64,000 nt of DNA from the IMG/VR virus record IMGVR_UViG_3300021979_000001, positions 226,948 through 290,947 of that record. One strand, written 5' to 3'. How positions within the stretch are numbered: position 1 is the stretch's first letter; each line of letters opens with the position of its first letter. Shown piece after piece: positions 49,369 through 58,355 of this stretch. The translations under genes were made by a program, and so were the position numbers. Source of the stretch: a virus (Duplodnaviria; Heunggongvirae; Uroviricota; Caudoviricetes). Below the pieces are notes generated by a model that saw nothing but the letters and a program-made list of their open reading frames with translations, made no database searches and was not told the origin of the DNA.

Positions 49369-50826
49369 ATGACAAATGTTCCTGACAATATCGCCGGTGA
49401 CGGTGTATTTGACGACATCAATGGCGACTTGAAAAGTGATTATATGTCCGATGCCGAGCATATGGCAAAAAAGCTGGATACTGTGTCATCTAGCTTTTGT
49501 CTTGCCAAATGGACGCAAGTGTCTATCCATTTAACAAATGGACATACCCAGTCGTGCTATCATCCGAAAATTCATCCCATTCCGCTTGACGAACTGAAAA
49601 AAAGTCCATCCGCATTGCATAATACCTGTTTTAAAAAAGAACAGCGTAAAAAAATGATTGATGGGGTGCGGCCCGCCGAGTGCGAATATTGTTGGAAATT
49701 TGAAGATACTGGACATTTGTCAGACCGTCATTATCGGTCTGGTGAACCATTTGCCGCACAACGTTTTGATGAAGTGGTTGCAGCAAAATGGGATGCTGAT
49801 TTTACCCCATCTTATGTTGAAGTAAATTTCAATCAGGCATGCAATCTTAAATGTTCGTATTGTTCACCGCATTTATCGTCATCCTGGCAAGCTGAAATAG
49901 ATCAGTTTGGGCCTTACCCAACATTGGTCCCGCATAATAGTATCGATGCCTTGCGATCAAAAAATATGATGCCAATTCCAAACCGTGAACACAACCCGTA
50001 TGTTGACGCATTTTGGGAGTGGTGGCCCGACCTATATACAGAATTGAAGGTATTTCGCATGACCGGCGGGGAGCCGCTTATGGATAAAAATACATACCGA
50101 GTGATGGATTGGATCATTGATCATCCTAAAAAAGATTTGGAATTGTCCATAACTTCCAATTTGTCGGTTGAACCCGCACTTTGGAAAAAATTCATATCCA
50201 AACTAAATGAAATTGATAAAGATCGTAAAGTAGATCACTTTATGCTTTTTGTGTCGGTTGATAATTATGGAGACAAAGCAGAATATATTCGAAACGGTTT
50301 AGATTTCAATCGGCTTAAAGCCAATGTTGTTGATTATCTTTCAACCGTCAAACATGGATCATTAACATTCATCGTGACATATTCCTTGTTTTCCGTTTTT
50401 GGATTTCGTGATTTCCTAAAATGGGTGTTGGAATTGCGCGCCCAGTTTAGCGATACCCGTCAAAAAATTTGGTTTGATACCCCGGTTCTCGATTATCCAG
50501 CATGGCAATCTGTTAAAATGCTACCAAAAGAACATTGCCTCTATGTTGAACAAGATATTTCGTTCATGCAAAAGAACCTGGAAACCCGAGACCATCGACT
50601 AAAAGGGTTCAAAGACTATGAGGTAGCAAAGCTAAAACGAGTGCTTGACCAAATGCAGCAACATATGCCAAAAGAGCAGATGAAAAAAAATATGGTAAAT
50701 TTTTATCGTTTTTTTTCAGAGCATGACCATCGGCGTAATACCGATCTGCTTAACGCATTTCCTGAATTACAGGATTTCTGGCAAGAATGTGTTCTGTCTG
50801 ATTTGGAGTTAACCAATGAAAAATGA
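49369..50826 (+). CDS. Radical SAM enzyme with N-terminal twitch domain, paralogue 1
   Basis: FCLAKW, SCYHP, ECEYCW, CNLKCSYC and TGGEP. Confidence 0.88.
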   Translation: MTNVPDNIAGDGVFDDINGDLKSDYMSDAEHMAKKLDTVSSSFCLAKWTQVSIHLTNGHTQSCYHPKIHPIPLDELKKSPSALHNTCFKKEQRKKMIDGVRPAECEYCWKFEDTGHLSDRHYRSGEPFAAQRFDEVVAAKWDADFTPSYVEVNFNQACNLKCSYCSPHLSSSWQAEIDQFGPYPTLVPHNSIDALRSKNMMPIPNREHNPYVDAFWEWWPDLYTELKVFRMTGGEPLMDKNTYRVMDWIIDHPKKDLELSITSNLSVEPALWKKFISKLNEIDKDRKVDHFMLFVSVDNYGDKAEYIRNGLDFNRLKANVVDYLSTVKHGSLTFIVTYSLFSVFGFRDFLKWVLELRAQFSDTRQKIWFDTPVLDYPAWQSVKMLPKEHCLYVEQDISFMQKNLETRDHRLKGFKDYEVAKLKRVLDQMQQHMPKEQMKKNMVNFYRFFSEHDHRRNTDLLNAFPELQDFWQECVLSDLELTNEK

Positions 50827-51295
50827 GATGAACATTAAGCTATCAGACCGATTTACTTGCGGATATACAAAGGGTGAACTTTGGCAAACCGAAATAAAAA
50901 AGGTTGCATCCACCGTTAAATGCGAAATGGTCTTACCAGAAGATATTGAGGTAAGAACAACACACCCGAACCAGCTATATTTTGTTCACGAATATTATGG
51001 ACCAATCGGCGAAACTCATTTGTCGTATTCAAGCGACATTACATCGAACAGCCATTGCTATTATTCATATCAACCGGCAATTTATGCAGCATGGTTAGTC
51101 AAGTCTATTATTAGCAAGGCAGGTAACAATATACCGACATTACGGACGGATAAAGGCGTAGCATCATTTTGTGATAATTACCCAACCCTCCAAAGCTATT
51201 ACATGTATATACTTCAACCCTCGATTGAAGATGAATTGCTGCGTTTAGTGTATATTCGAAATACCTATGGAGGTATAATAGATCGTGTCAATTAA
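50816..51295 (+). CDS. Hypothetical protein
   Basis: Overlapping coupled ORF; weak similarity to the next ORF. Confidence 0.6.
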   Translation: MKNEMNIKLSDRFTCGYTKGELWQTEIKKVASTVKCEMVLPEDIEVRTTHPNQLYFVHEYYGPIGETHLSYSSDITSNSHCYYSYQPAIYAAWLVKSIISKAGNNIPTLRTDKGVASFCDNYPTLQSYYMYILQPSIEDELLRLVYIRNTYGGIIDRVN

Positions 51296-51683
51296 CTGTA
51301 ATCAAAAATTTCACCTATTGCCACCAAAAACAATAATAGTAACCAAATCATATGCAACCAATGTGGATAACACAATAGAAAATATAGCAAAACAATATAA
51401 TATCGAACTCATTGAAACACCATTATATACAAAGTGTGTGGATCATCGTGATAATAAAATCATGAAACGGAGTGAATTAGATATTGACATTATACACTAT
51501 TCGTTTTCACCAGGACTATCGTTATTGGGATATTGGTTTTATCATCGTGTTTCTTTCGATGAAGAACTAAGTTTTAGTGAATTTTATATTGAATACAAAG
51601 AAAACATGCTAAAACAAGATCGATTACTTACTATGGTTGAATTAAGATCGAATTTTTTTGATTACATTTCTATATACGGGTGA
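51285..51683 (+). CDS. Hypothetical protein
   Basis: GTG start with a GGAGG RBS. Confidence 0.6.
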   Translation: MSINCNQKFHLLPPKTIIVTKSYATNVDNTIENIAKQYNIELIETPLYTKCVDHRDNKIMKRSELDIDIIHYSFSPGLSLLGYWFYHRVSFDEELSFSEFYIEYKENMLKQDRLLTMVELRSNFFDYISIYG

Positions 51684-51691
51684 TAAAATAA

Positions 51692-53041
51692 ATGCCAAGA
51701 CAAGACAATGAAACGTATGATGAATATCGAAAGCGGATTATTGATCCAATTTCAAAATCGTTTTGTGCGGCCAAATGGTATAATGCAACAATTTGGCTTG
51801 GATCAGGGATGACCACTTCGTGCCATCATCCATTACCACATAAAATTGATCCCGACTTAATTAAAACCAACCCAAAATTATTGCATAATACTCCACAGAA
51901 GAAAGAAGCCCGCCGCCAGATGCAATGCGGGGAACGTCCCGGCGAATGCGATTATTGCTGGAAAGTTGAAGATATTAACCGTGGTAATGTATCAGATAGA
52001 ACATTCAAAACCGTCATTTATGATGATGATGATATTAAAACAATCAGCACAATGCCGATTGATCAGGATGTTGATCTGAAAACGCTTGAAATTTCATTTG
52101 ATCGGGCGTGCAATCTTGCGTGTTCGTATTGTAACCCGGCGTTTTCAACGACTTGGGTGCGTGACATTAAAACAAATGGTCCCTATACTGATTTGGTAAC
52201 CGACGGACGGGGGCATTTCAATCACTCTCACGATTCTTCTCAATTATTCAAATTCACCGAACCAAATCCATACATAACTGCATTTTGGGAATGGTGGCCT
52301 GATTTATCAAAATCACTAATGGAATTGCGGGTAACCGGTGGTGAGCCAACCATGAGTGGTGATTTTTGGAAGTTGTTGAATTGGTTTGTTGAAAACGAAG
52401 GATCACATATCCGGTTTGCGACGAATACCAACCTATGTATGAAAGATGAATTGTTAGATCGTTTGTTAATCGCCGCTGATAAAATTAATGATTTCCAAAT
52501 TTATACCAGCAACGAATCATCCGGTCAGATGTCTGAATATATTCGGGATGGATTAAACTGGGATACATGGGTTTCTAATTTTGAACGAGTGGCGGAAACC
52601 GGTAAAATACAATTAAGCATGATGATGACAATTAATGCATTATGCTTATATGGCCTGCCCGAATTTTTAGATCAGCAAATGATTTGGAAACAAAAATACG
52701 GAAAAGATTATCCATGTTTTTCTGTTAATATTTTGCGTTTCCCAAGTTTTCAAAGTGCGTTAGTTCTTCCCGAAGAATTGCGCATGGAACGCAAAGACGC
52801 CATCGCAAAATGGTATTCGGCCAATAAAGATAGCAAACTATTGCATGAGTTTGAACGTGCGCAATTGCAACGTCTTATTGATTACTTGGATGTGGTTAAA
52901 AGTCCACACGAATTGGCAGCAGATAGAAATCTGCTCGAACGCGATTTCAAACGATTTTATGAACAGTATGACAAGCGCCGGGGAAAAAACTTTATCGAAA
53001 CCTTCCCGGCATTAGCTGATTGGTATAATGGCATCGCATGA
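51692..53041 (+). CDS. Radical SAM enzyme with N-terminal twitch domain, paralogue 2
   Basis: FCAAKW, SCHHP, ECDYCW, CNLACSYC and TGGEP. Confidence 0.88.
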   Translation: MPRQDNETYDEYRKRIIDPISKSFCAAKWYNATIWLGSGMTTSCHHPLPHKIDPDLIKTNPKLLHNTPQKKEARRQMQCGERPGECDYCWKVEDINRGNVSDRTFKTVIYDDDDIKTISTMPIDQDVDLKTLEISFDRACNLACSYCNPAFSTTWVRDIKTNGPYTDLVTDGRGHFNHSHDSSQLFKFTEPNPYITAFWEWWPDLSKSLMELRVTGGEPTMSGDFWKLLNWFVENEGSHIRFATNTNLCMKDELLDRLLIAADKINDFQIYTSNESSGQMSEYIRDGLNWDTWVSNFERVAETGKIQLSMMMTINALCLYGLPEFLDQQMIWKQKYGKDYPCFSVNILRFPSFQSALVLPEELRMERKDAIAKWYSANKDSKLLHEFERAQLQRLIDYLDVVKSPHELAADRNLLERDFKRFYEQYDKRRGKNFIETFPALADWYNGIA

Positions 53042-54375
53042 CAGATTATCGAAAATTCAAAAAGGAAGTCATGGACCCGGTATCCGATACCTTTTGTGCG
53101 GCCAAGTGGTTGAACTCAACCATTTGGCTGAATCAGGGATCAACTGCGTCATGCCACCATCCTGCTATGCATAATATCGCGGTGGATGCGCTTACGAATA
53201 ATCCGGCAGCACTGCATAACACCGATACCAAGAAAGCCGCCAGGGCAGAAATGATGGCCGGGAAACGCCCATCAGAATGTGACTATTGTTGGCGGGTTGA
53301 GGATACGGATACCACCGCAATATCTGATCGGACATTCAAAACATTTCAATTTTCAAAATTCGATATAGATGCAGTGGTTCAATCACCGGATCAAAATCAT
53401 AATCCCAAAAGTCTTGAAATCGCGTTTGATCGGGTATGTAATTTTGCATGTTCATATTGTAGTGCAACATTTTCTACCACGTGGGCACGCGATATTAAAC
53501 AAAATGGCCCCTATAAAAATCATACAACCGATGATCGCAAGCATTATCAAACAGACGCACCATGGGCGCAACCATATCTACACGATGATGACAATCCTTA
53601 CATCACTGCATTTTGGAAGTGGTGGCCCGATCTAGCAAATGATTTGGATGAAATTCGAATCACTGGTGGCGAACCGTTAATGTCAACTAGTGTTTGGAAA
53701 ATGTTTGACTGGTTTGAAACACATCCCGATACATCTATGCGACTGTCCATTAATACAAACCTTGGTGCCAAAGATAGTATTATCAAACAGTTAATCGATA
53801 AATCCAAAAACATATCGAATTTGAGTATTTACACATCGTGTGAAGCATATGGTAAACAGGCGGAATATATTCGAGATGGCCTTGATTATTCAGCATGGCT
53901 CAATAATATGAATTTGATTGGGGAAACATCCAATATTTCATTAAATGTCATGATGACGATTAATGCGTTGTGCTTATTTTCAATCACAGATTTTCTGGAT
54001 GATTTGTGTATCCTGAAATCTAAATTTGGAAAAAGCCGTGTGCTGTTTTCGGTGAATATCATGCGATACCCACAATTTCAATCGATAGACGTTCTTCCTG
54101 ATGATTTTAAACAATTGAAATCAACCGAAATTCAGGCATGGTTAGATAATAATTCACAACATTTGGTTGATTTTGAACGTTCACATGTCGAACGACTGAT
54201 TAAACAACTACAAATTGTGAATAAATATGATAGAACTGATTTAATACATGATTTTAAATCATTTTTTTCAGAATATGATATTCGCCGTGGGAAATCATTA
54301 GAAACTGTTTTCCCATTAATTGGGACTGTTATTAATGACAACGACAACAAAAACAATATCGGATTTATGGAATAA
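53038..54375 (+). CDS. Radical SAM enzyme with N-terminal twitch domain, paralogue 3
   Basis: FCAAKW, SCHHP, ECDYCW, CNFACSYC and TGGEP; ATGA coupling. Confidence 0.88.
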   Translation: MTDYRKFKKEVMDPVSDTFCAAKWLNSTIWLNQGSTASCHHPAMHNIAVDALTNNPAALHNTDTKKAARAEMMAGKRPSECDYCWRVEDTDTTAISDRTFKTFQFSKFDIDAVVQSPDQNHNPKSLEIAFDRVCNFACSYCSATFSTTWARDIKQNGPYKNHTTDDRKHYQTDAPWAQPYLHDDDNPYITAFWKWWPDLANDLDEIRITGGEPLMSTSVWKMFDWFETHPDTSMRLSINTNLGAKDSIIKQLIDKSKNISNLSIYTSCEAYGKQAEYIRDGLDYSAWLNNMNLIGETSNISLNVMMTINALCLFSITDFLDDLCILKSKFGKSRVLFSVNIMRYPQFQSIDVLPDDFKQLKSTEIQAWLDNNSQHLVDFERSHVERLIKQLQIVNKYDRTDLIHDFKSFFSEYDIRRGKSLETVFPLIGTVINDNDNKNNIGFME

Positions 54376-55186
54376 TTTAGTTGATGCTAATTATGCCAAC
54401 AAGATAACCAGATGGTGCCCTAGTGATGATGAAAATAGGTTCATAGCAGAAGGAAACTATTATACCGAAAATAGTTTTGATTACCGGTATAATAGTCATG
54501 GTTTTCGCTGCGACACGTTTGATAATCATCCATATGATGCCCGTATTATTTTTATTGGATGCTCAATCACGTTTGGGTGTGGTGTCCCTGTAACTGACAG
54601 TTTCGGGTATCAAGTTATCAACAAATTTCGATCTGATGATAACTTACATATTCCATATTGGAACCTGGCGCATTGTAGTAAAAGCATTGATTATATCGCC
54701 AGAACATTGACAAAATTTGTTCCAGTAATAAAACCCGATCTGGTGATTATTATTTCCCCTCCGGCACATCGTCGTGAAGTATTTGTCCCAGATAAAGATG
54801 AACCAGATAAAAATTATTTGCATGATTACATAAATGTAGATTATCTACCAAATCCGCAATTCGGCAAACATATTATTGAAGTTCATAACGCAGATAATGA
54901 TCAAATGAATTACGTGCGAAACATGGAATTAATTCACAATGTCATGATGGCACATAATAGTGATTATTTGTGGGATAGTTGGGACATGTATCAAGAATAT
55001 CATGGTCTGTCACCATCAATCATGAATCAACGCATTAACAGTAAATTTGATTTTAGATTAGAGCCTCGCGCCCGCGATGGGTTACATCCTGGAATTAATG
55101 TCCATACCCAATATGCAAAGAACTTATACAACGAAATAAAACCAAAAATATTGCATATAGCACGTAAGAAACAACACACTAAATAA
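54335..55186 (+). CDS. SGNH/GDSL-family esterase or O-acyltransferase
   Basis: YNSHGFR, block I FIGCSITFGCG, NLA, block V RDGLHPG (DxxH). Confidence 0.72.
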   Translation: MTTTTKTISDLWNNLVDANYANKITRWCPSDDENRFIAEGNYYTENSFDYRYNSHGFRCDTFDNHPYDARIIFIGCSITFGCGVPVTDSFGYQVINKFRSDDNLHIPYWNLAHCSKSIDYIARTLTKFVPVIKPDLVIIISPPAHRREVFVPDKDEPDKNYLHDYINVDYLPNPQFGKHIIEVHNADNDQMNYVRNMELIHNVMMAHNSDYLWDSWDMYQEYHGLSPSIMNQRINSKFDFRLEPRARDGLHPGINVHTQYAKNLYNEIKPKILHIARKKQHTK

Positions 55187-55215
55187 GAGAATAACTGAAT
55201 AGAGTAAATTGTCCC

Positions 55216-55317
55216 ATGCTACGGTTTTTATTATTTCCATATCATTATTTTGCATCAATAATCAAACGTCATAATCGTATTCGTCAACTCAAAAAACGTG
55301 ACCCGTTTATTTACTAA
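55216..55317 (+). CDS. 33-aa peptide MLRFLLFPYHYFASIIKRHNRIRQLKKRDPFIY coupled to the carbamoyltransferase
   Basis: Below the ORF-track cutoff; late box ACTAAATA at 55178-55185; TAATG overlap with the next gene. Confidence 0.65.
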   Translation: MLRFLLFPYHYFASIIKRHNRIRQLKKRDPFIY

Positions 55318-56777
55318 TGCTTTATTTAGGAATCACATCATTAGGGCATGATGCATCTGTTGCCGTAGTTGAAGATAATGAAATTATCTTTGCCGGACAT
55401 GCTGAACGCTATTCTCGGATTAAAAATGATGGCAATATCAATCAAGCATTACTGGATGATGCGTTATCAGGTAGATCGCCAGATAAAATCATATGGTATG
55501 AACAGCCATTTATAAAAAAATCACGTCAATTTTTTTGTGGTCAATGGGATGGATTAGCGGTTCAACGGGTTAAAAAACATTTATCATTATTTGGGTTAGA
55601 CCAAATACCGGTTGAATACGCGGGGCACCATGAAAGTCATGCCGCTGGTGGATTTTATACCAGTTCATTTGATGATGCCACCATCGCGGTAATTGATGCT
55701 ATTGGCGAATGGACAACAATTAGTATTTGGCAAGCGGATTATACCGGAATGTTCCTCAAATGGTCGCAACGGTATCCGCATAGCATCGGATTGCTTTACA
55801 GTGCAATGACGCAACGCTGTGGTTTTAAACCAAACGAAGAAGAATATATAATGATGGGCATGGCCGCATTTGGGGATGATCGTTATACCGATTTGATAAA
55901 ACGCGATTTCATTAAAGATATGTCCGGGCCTGCATTTTCATTAAAAGAGAATGTCCATAGAGGCATAAAATGGTGGAAACCTGAAATAACAAATGTCGAA
56001 CACCTGGCCGCAAGTATGCAATCTATTACCGAAGAATATTTGTGCAATCTGACCAAATGGATTGCAACTAATCTTCCATCAAAAAACTTGATATTGTCGG
56101 GCGGAGTTGCCTTAAACTGTGTTGCCAATAGTCAGATTGCAAAGCAGGGAACGCATGATGAAATTTGGATCATGCCCAATCCAGGCGATGCGGGGTCGTC
56201 GTTAGGGGCGATTGCTGCATCAACATACCAAAAACTCAATTGGAAATCTCCATATTTGGGACATGATATTAACCGTGATCCTGATATTGACGGGGCAGTG
56301 CAGGCATTGGTTTCTGGGGAAGTCATTGGGTTTGCCAACGGTCGAGCCGAATATGGCCCGCGTGCATTAGGAAACAGATCATTATTAGCTGATCCACGGG
56401 GCGATAAATGCAAAGATCGAGTAAATCGGTTAAAAAAGAGAGAAATGTTTCGTCCGTTTGCCCCAGTCATAATTGAATCAATGGCAAATATTTATTTTGA
56501 CATGCCGGTTAAATCAAGCCCATATATGCAATTTGTTGCGAAAGTAAAGCGTCCTGATTTATATCCTGCTATTACACATAAGGATGGGACCGCTAGGGTG
56601 CAAACGATCCGTGCTGATCAAAATCCAATCTTTTATAAATTGTTAGAACAATTTTATAATGAAACCGGATGTCCTATGCTTCTTAATACCAGCTTGAATA
56701 TCAAAGGACAACCTTTAGTGAATACCTGGGAAGATGCATTATCATTCCAGAACCATTACTCGGTGCCGGTTTTCTGA
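55317..56777 (+). CDS. O-carbamoyltransferase (CmcH/NodU/TobZ family)
   Basis: GHDAS, ERYSRIKND, HHESHAA, DAIGE, SGGVALNCVAN, GDAGSSLGA, EYGPRALGNRS, KKREMFRPFAP, HKDGTARVQT and LNTSLN. Confidence 0.95.
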   Translation: MLYLGITSLGHDASVAVVEDNEIIFAGHAERYSRIKNDGNINQALLDDALSGRSPDKIIWYEQPFIKKSRQFFCGQWDGLAVQRVKKHLSLFGLDQIPVEYAGHHESHAAGGFYTSSFDDATIAVIDAIGEWTTISIWQADYTGMFLKWSQRYPHSIGLLYSAMTQRCGFKPNEEEYIMMGMAAFGDDRYTDLIKRDFIKDMSGPAFSLKENVHRGIKWWKPEITNVEHLAASMQSITEEYLCNLTKWIATNLPSKNLILSGGVALNCVANSQIAKQGTHDEIWIMPNPGDAGSSLGAIAASTYQKLNWKSPYLGHDINRDPDIDGAVQALVSGEVIGFANGRAEYGPRALGNRSLLADPRGDKCKDRVNRLKKREMFRPFAPVIIESMANIYFDMPVKSSPYMQFVAKVKRPDLYPAITHKDGTARVQTIRADQNPIFYKLLEQFYNETGCPMLLNTSLNIKGQPLVNTWEDALSFQNHYSVPVF

Positions 56778-57250
56778 TTAAGAATTTTTATAAATTCTTG
56801 CACCCATTGGTTAACACGCGGACGACATGATTTCATGCTTTCACGATGATCACGATTATTAAAAAAGATTTCATCATGTTCATGTGGTGGACCATGCCAC
56901 TCCGACCAGCCATATTTGTTTTCTTTATACCCAATAAAACCATCAGCGTCATATTCGTTTTGAAATCTAACAACATCATTTGCGTCAATATTCAAATCAA
57001 TGATCTGTCCATTTAAGATAACGTATTGATGTTTTTCATTTCCAGCCAGTTTCCCACCAAATACTTTTTGTGCGAACATAGAAGTGAACTTACACGAACC
57101 ACTTAGGTCATCTGGGGCAAAATCACCACGTTCTTTGCTGCGTTCTTTCCATTTTTCAAACACGAAGTCCTTAGCCAATCGCAAATTATCAGGGGTTGCC
57201 GATATAGGTAAGGTAACGTTATGTTGTTCGAATAAATCTTGATACCGCAT
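56756..57250 (-). CDS. Putative Cys-His-Asp (transglutaminase/papain-like) protein with a capsid-targeting-like N-terminus
   Basis: MRYQDLFE; GSCKF...HQYV...IIDLN. Confidence 0.5.
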   Translation of the reverse strand: MRYQDLFEQHNVTLPISATPDNLRLAKDFVFEKWKERSKERGDFAPDDLSGSCKFTSMFAQKVFGGKLAGNEKHQYVILNGQIIDLNIDANDVVRFQNEYDADGFIGYKENKYGWSEWHGPPHEHDEIFFNNRDHRESMKSCRPRVNQWVQEFIKILNQKTGTE

Positions 57251-57254
57251 ATTC

Positions 57255-58283
57255 TTAACTGGGCCTTACCATAATTTCTATTATTCCGAAATCATCATCG
57301 GTTTTATTTTCCAATGATTTTCCGATAACGGACCCTGGCACTAAGTCATATCCCGCTGCCGAAACACCAACGCCATATGCCGGGGCAGTCACAATCGGAT
57401 CACCTTTTTTAACCGGTCCAACAACCAGACACGGAACCCGACCTACGAGCGCAACATATGGGTGCGTAATGTCATTCCCCGCATTTTTATTCATTTCCAA
57501 TGCTGGATTTGTTGAAATAACCCCAGCAACACATGGGTCCATGAAGTTTTCAGTTACGGTAATTTCTTTATTGCCGCCAATGACAACAACTGTTCCTGGC
57601 AAATATTCACTATCCGATTCGTATCGTTCCGCAACGTCGGCATATAACGCTTGAATTGCGGTCCCAGAAAAAGTTGTTGCATACATAGTCGCAAACGTCG
57701 CACTAGATGATCCAATGTTGATTGTGTTTGCTGCATTGGGCACAATATCACCGCTGATCGTATCGCCGGATTTGCTTACTTTGCCACCAATCTGATTTGA
57801 AACAGTGGTAGCAAAATTTGGATCATCACCAAGAGCCTGTGCCAATTCGTTTAAGGTATCAAGGGTTTCCGGTGCAGAATCAACCATTGCACTGATTGAA
57901 TCATCGACATATGTTTTTGTCGCAAATGATGTATTAATCGTCGTTGATATTGCAACATTTGATGAACCATCAAATGAAACTGATCCGGTTACATCCCCGG
58001 TTAGTGAAATCGCACGACTGTTTGATAATGTTAGGGCACTATCAGCTTCAAGCCCGGAACCATCCCCGTCAACAGTTTTTAATTTTGTAAGAATTTCATT
58101 TGCAGTGAGGGTAGAACTGGTTAATGCACCAATTTGTGCCGCAGTTACACTGTGCGGGTTGGATAGATCACTGATATGATCATACGTATCATTAAAGTTA
58201 TTGTTAACTTTGCCAATTACTGACCGAAGGGTATCACCATCTGTTGTCCCCGGCGTCCCTGCATTAATAACTTGTTTAGTCAT
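57255..58283 (-). CDS. Short tail fibre with gp9/gp10-like N-terminus
   Basis: MTKQVINAGTPGTTDGDTLRSVIGKVNNNF; APETLDTLNELAQALGDDPNFATT; C-terminal YADVAERY domain; late box at 58317-58324. Confidence 0.8.
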   Translation of the reverse strand: MTKQVINAGTPGTTDGDTLRSVIGKVNNNFNDTYDHISDLSNPHSVTAAQIGALTSSTLTANEILTKLKTVDGDGSGLEADSALTLSNSRAISLTGDVTGSVSFDGSSNVAISTTINTSFATKTYVDDSISAMVDSAPETLDTLNELAQALGDDPNFATTVSNQIGGKVSKSGDTISGDIVPNAANTINIGSSSATFATMYATTFSGTAIQALYADVAERYESDSEYLPGTVVVIGGNKEITVTENFMDPCVAGVISTNPALEMNKNAGNDITHPYVALVGRVPCLVVGPVKKGDPIVTAPAYGVGVSAAGYDLVPGSVIGKSLENKTDDDFGIIEIMVRPS

Positions 58284-58332
58284 AATATTAATATCACCTG
58301 ATAAAACCTGTGATATTATTTATCATGGGTAG

Positions 58333-58354
58333 TTCACGGGGTTTCCCCCGTGAA
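58333..58354 (-). terminator. Hairpin downstream of the 2H gene
   Basis: TTCACGGGG-TTTC-CCCCGTGAA. Confidence 0.55.
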
Positions 58355-58355
58355 T

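Noticed and set aside
45701-56777. DNA hypermodification or RiPP biosynthesis as the main reading of the enzyme cluster
   Set aside because: Not excluded, but ranked lower: there is no nucleotide kinase, thymidylate-synthase/hydroxymethylase homologue, RiPP recognition element, peptidase or exporter in the cluster, and its context is late and structural.
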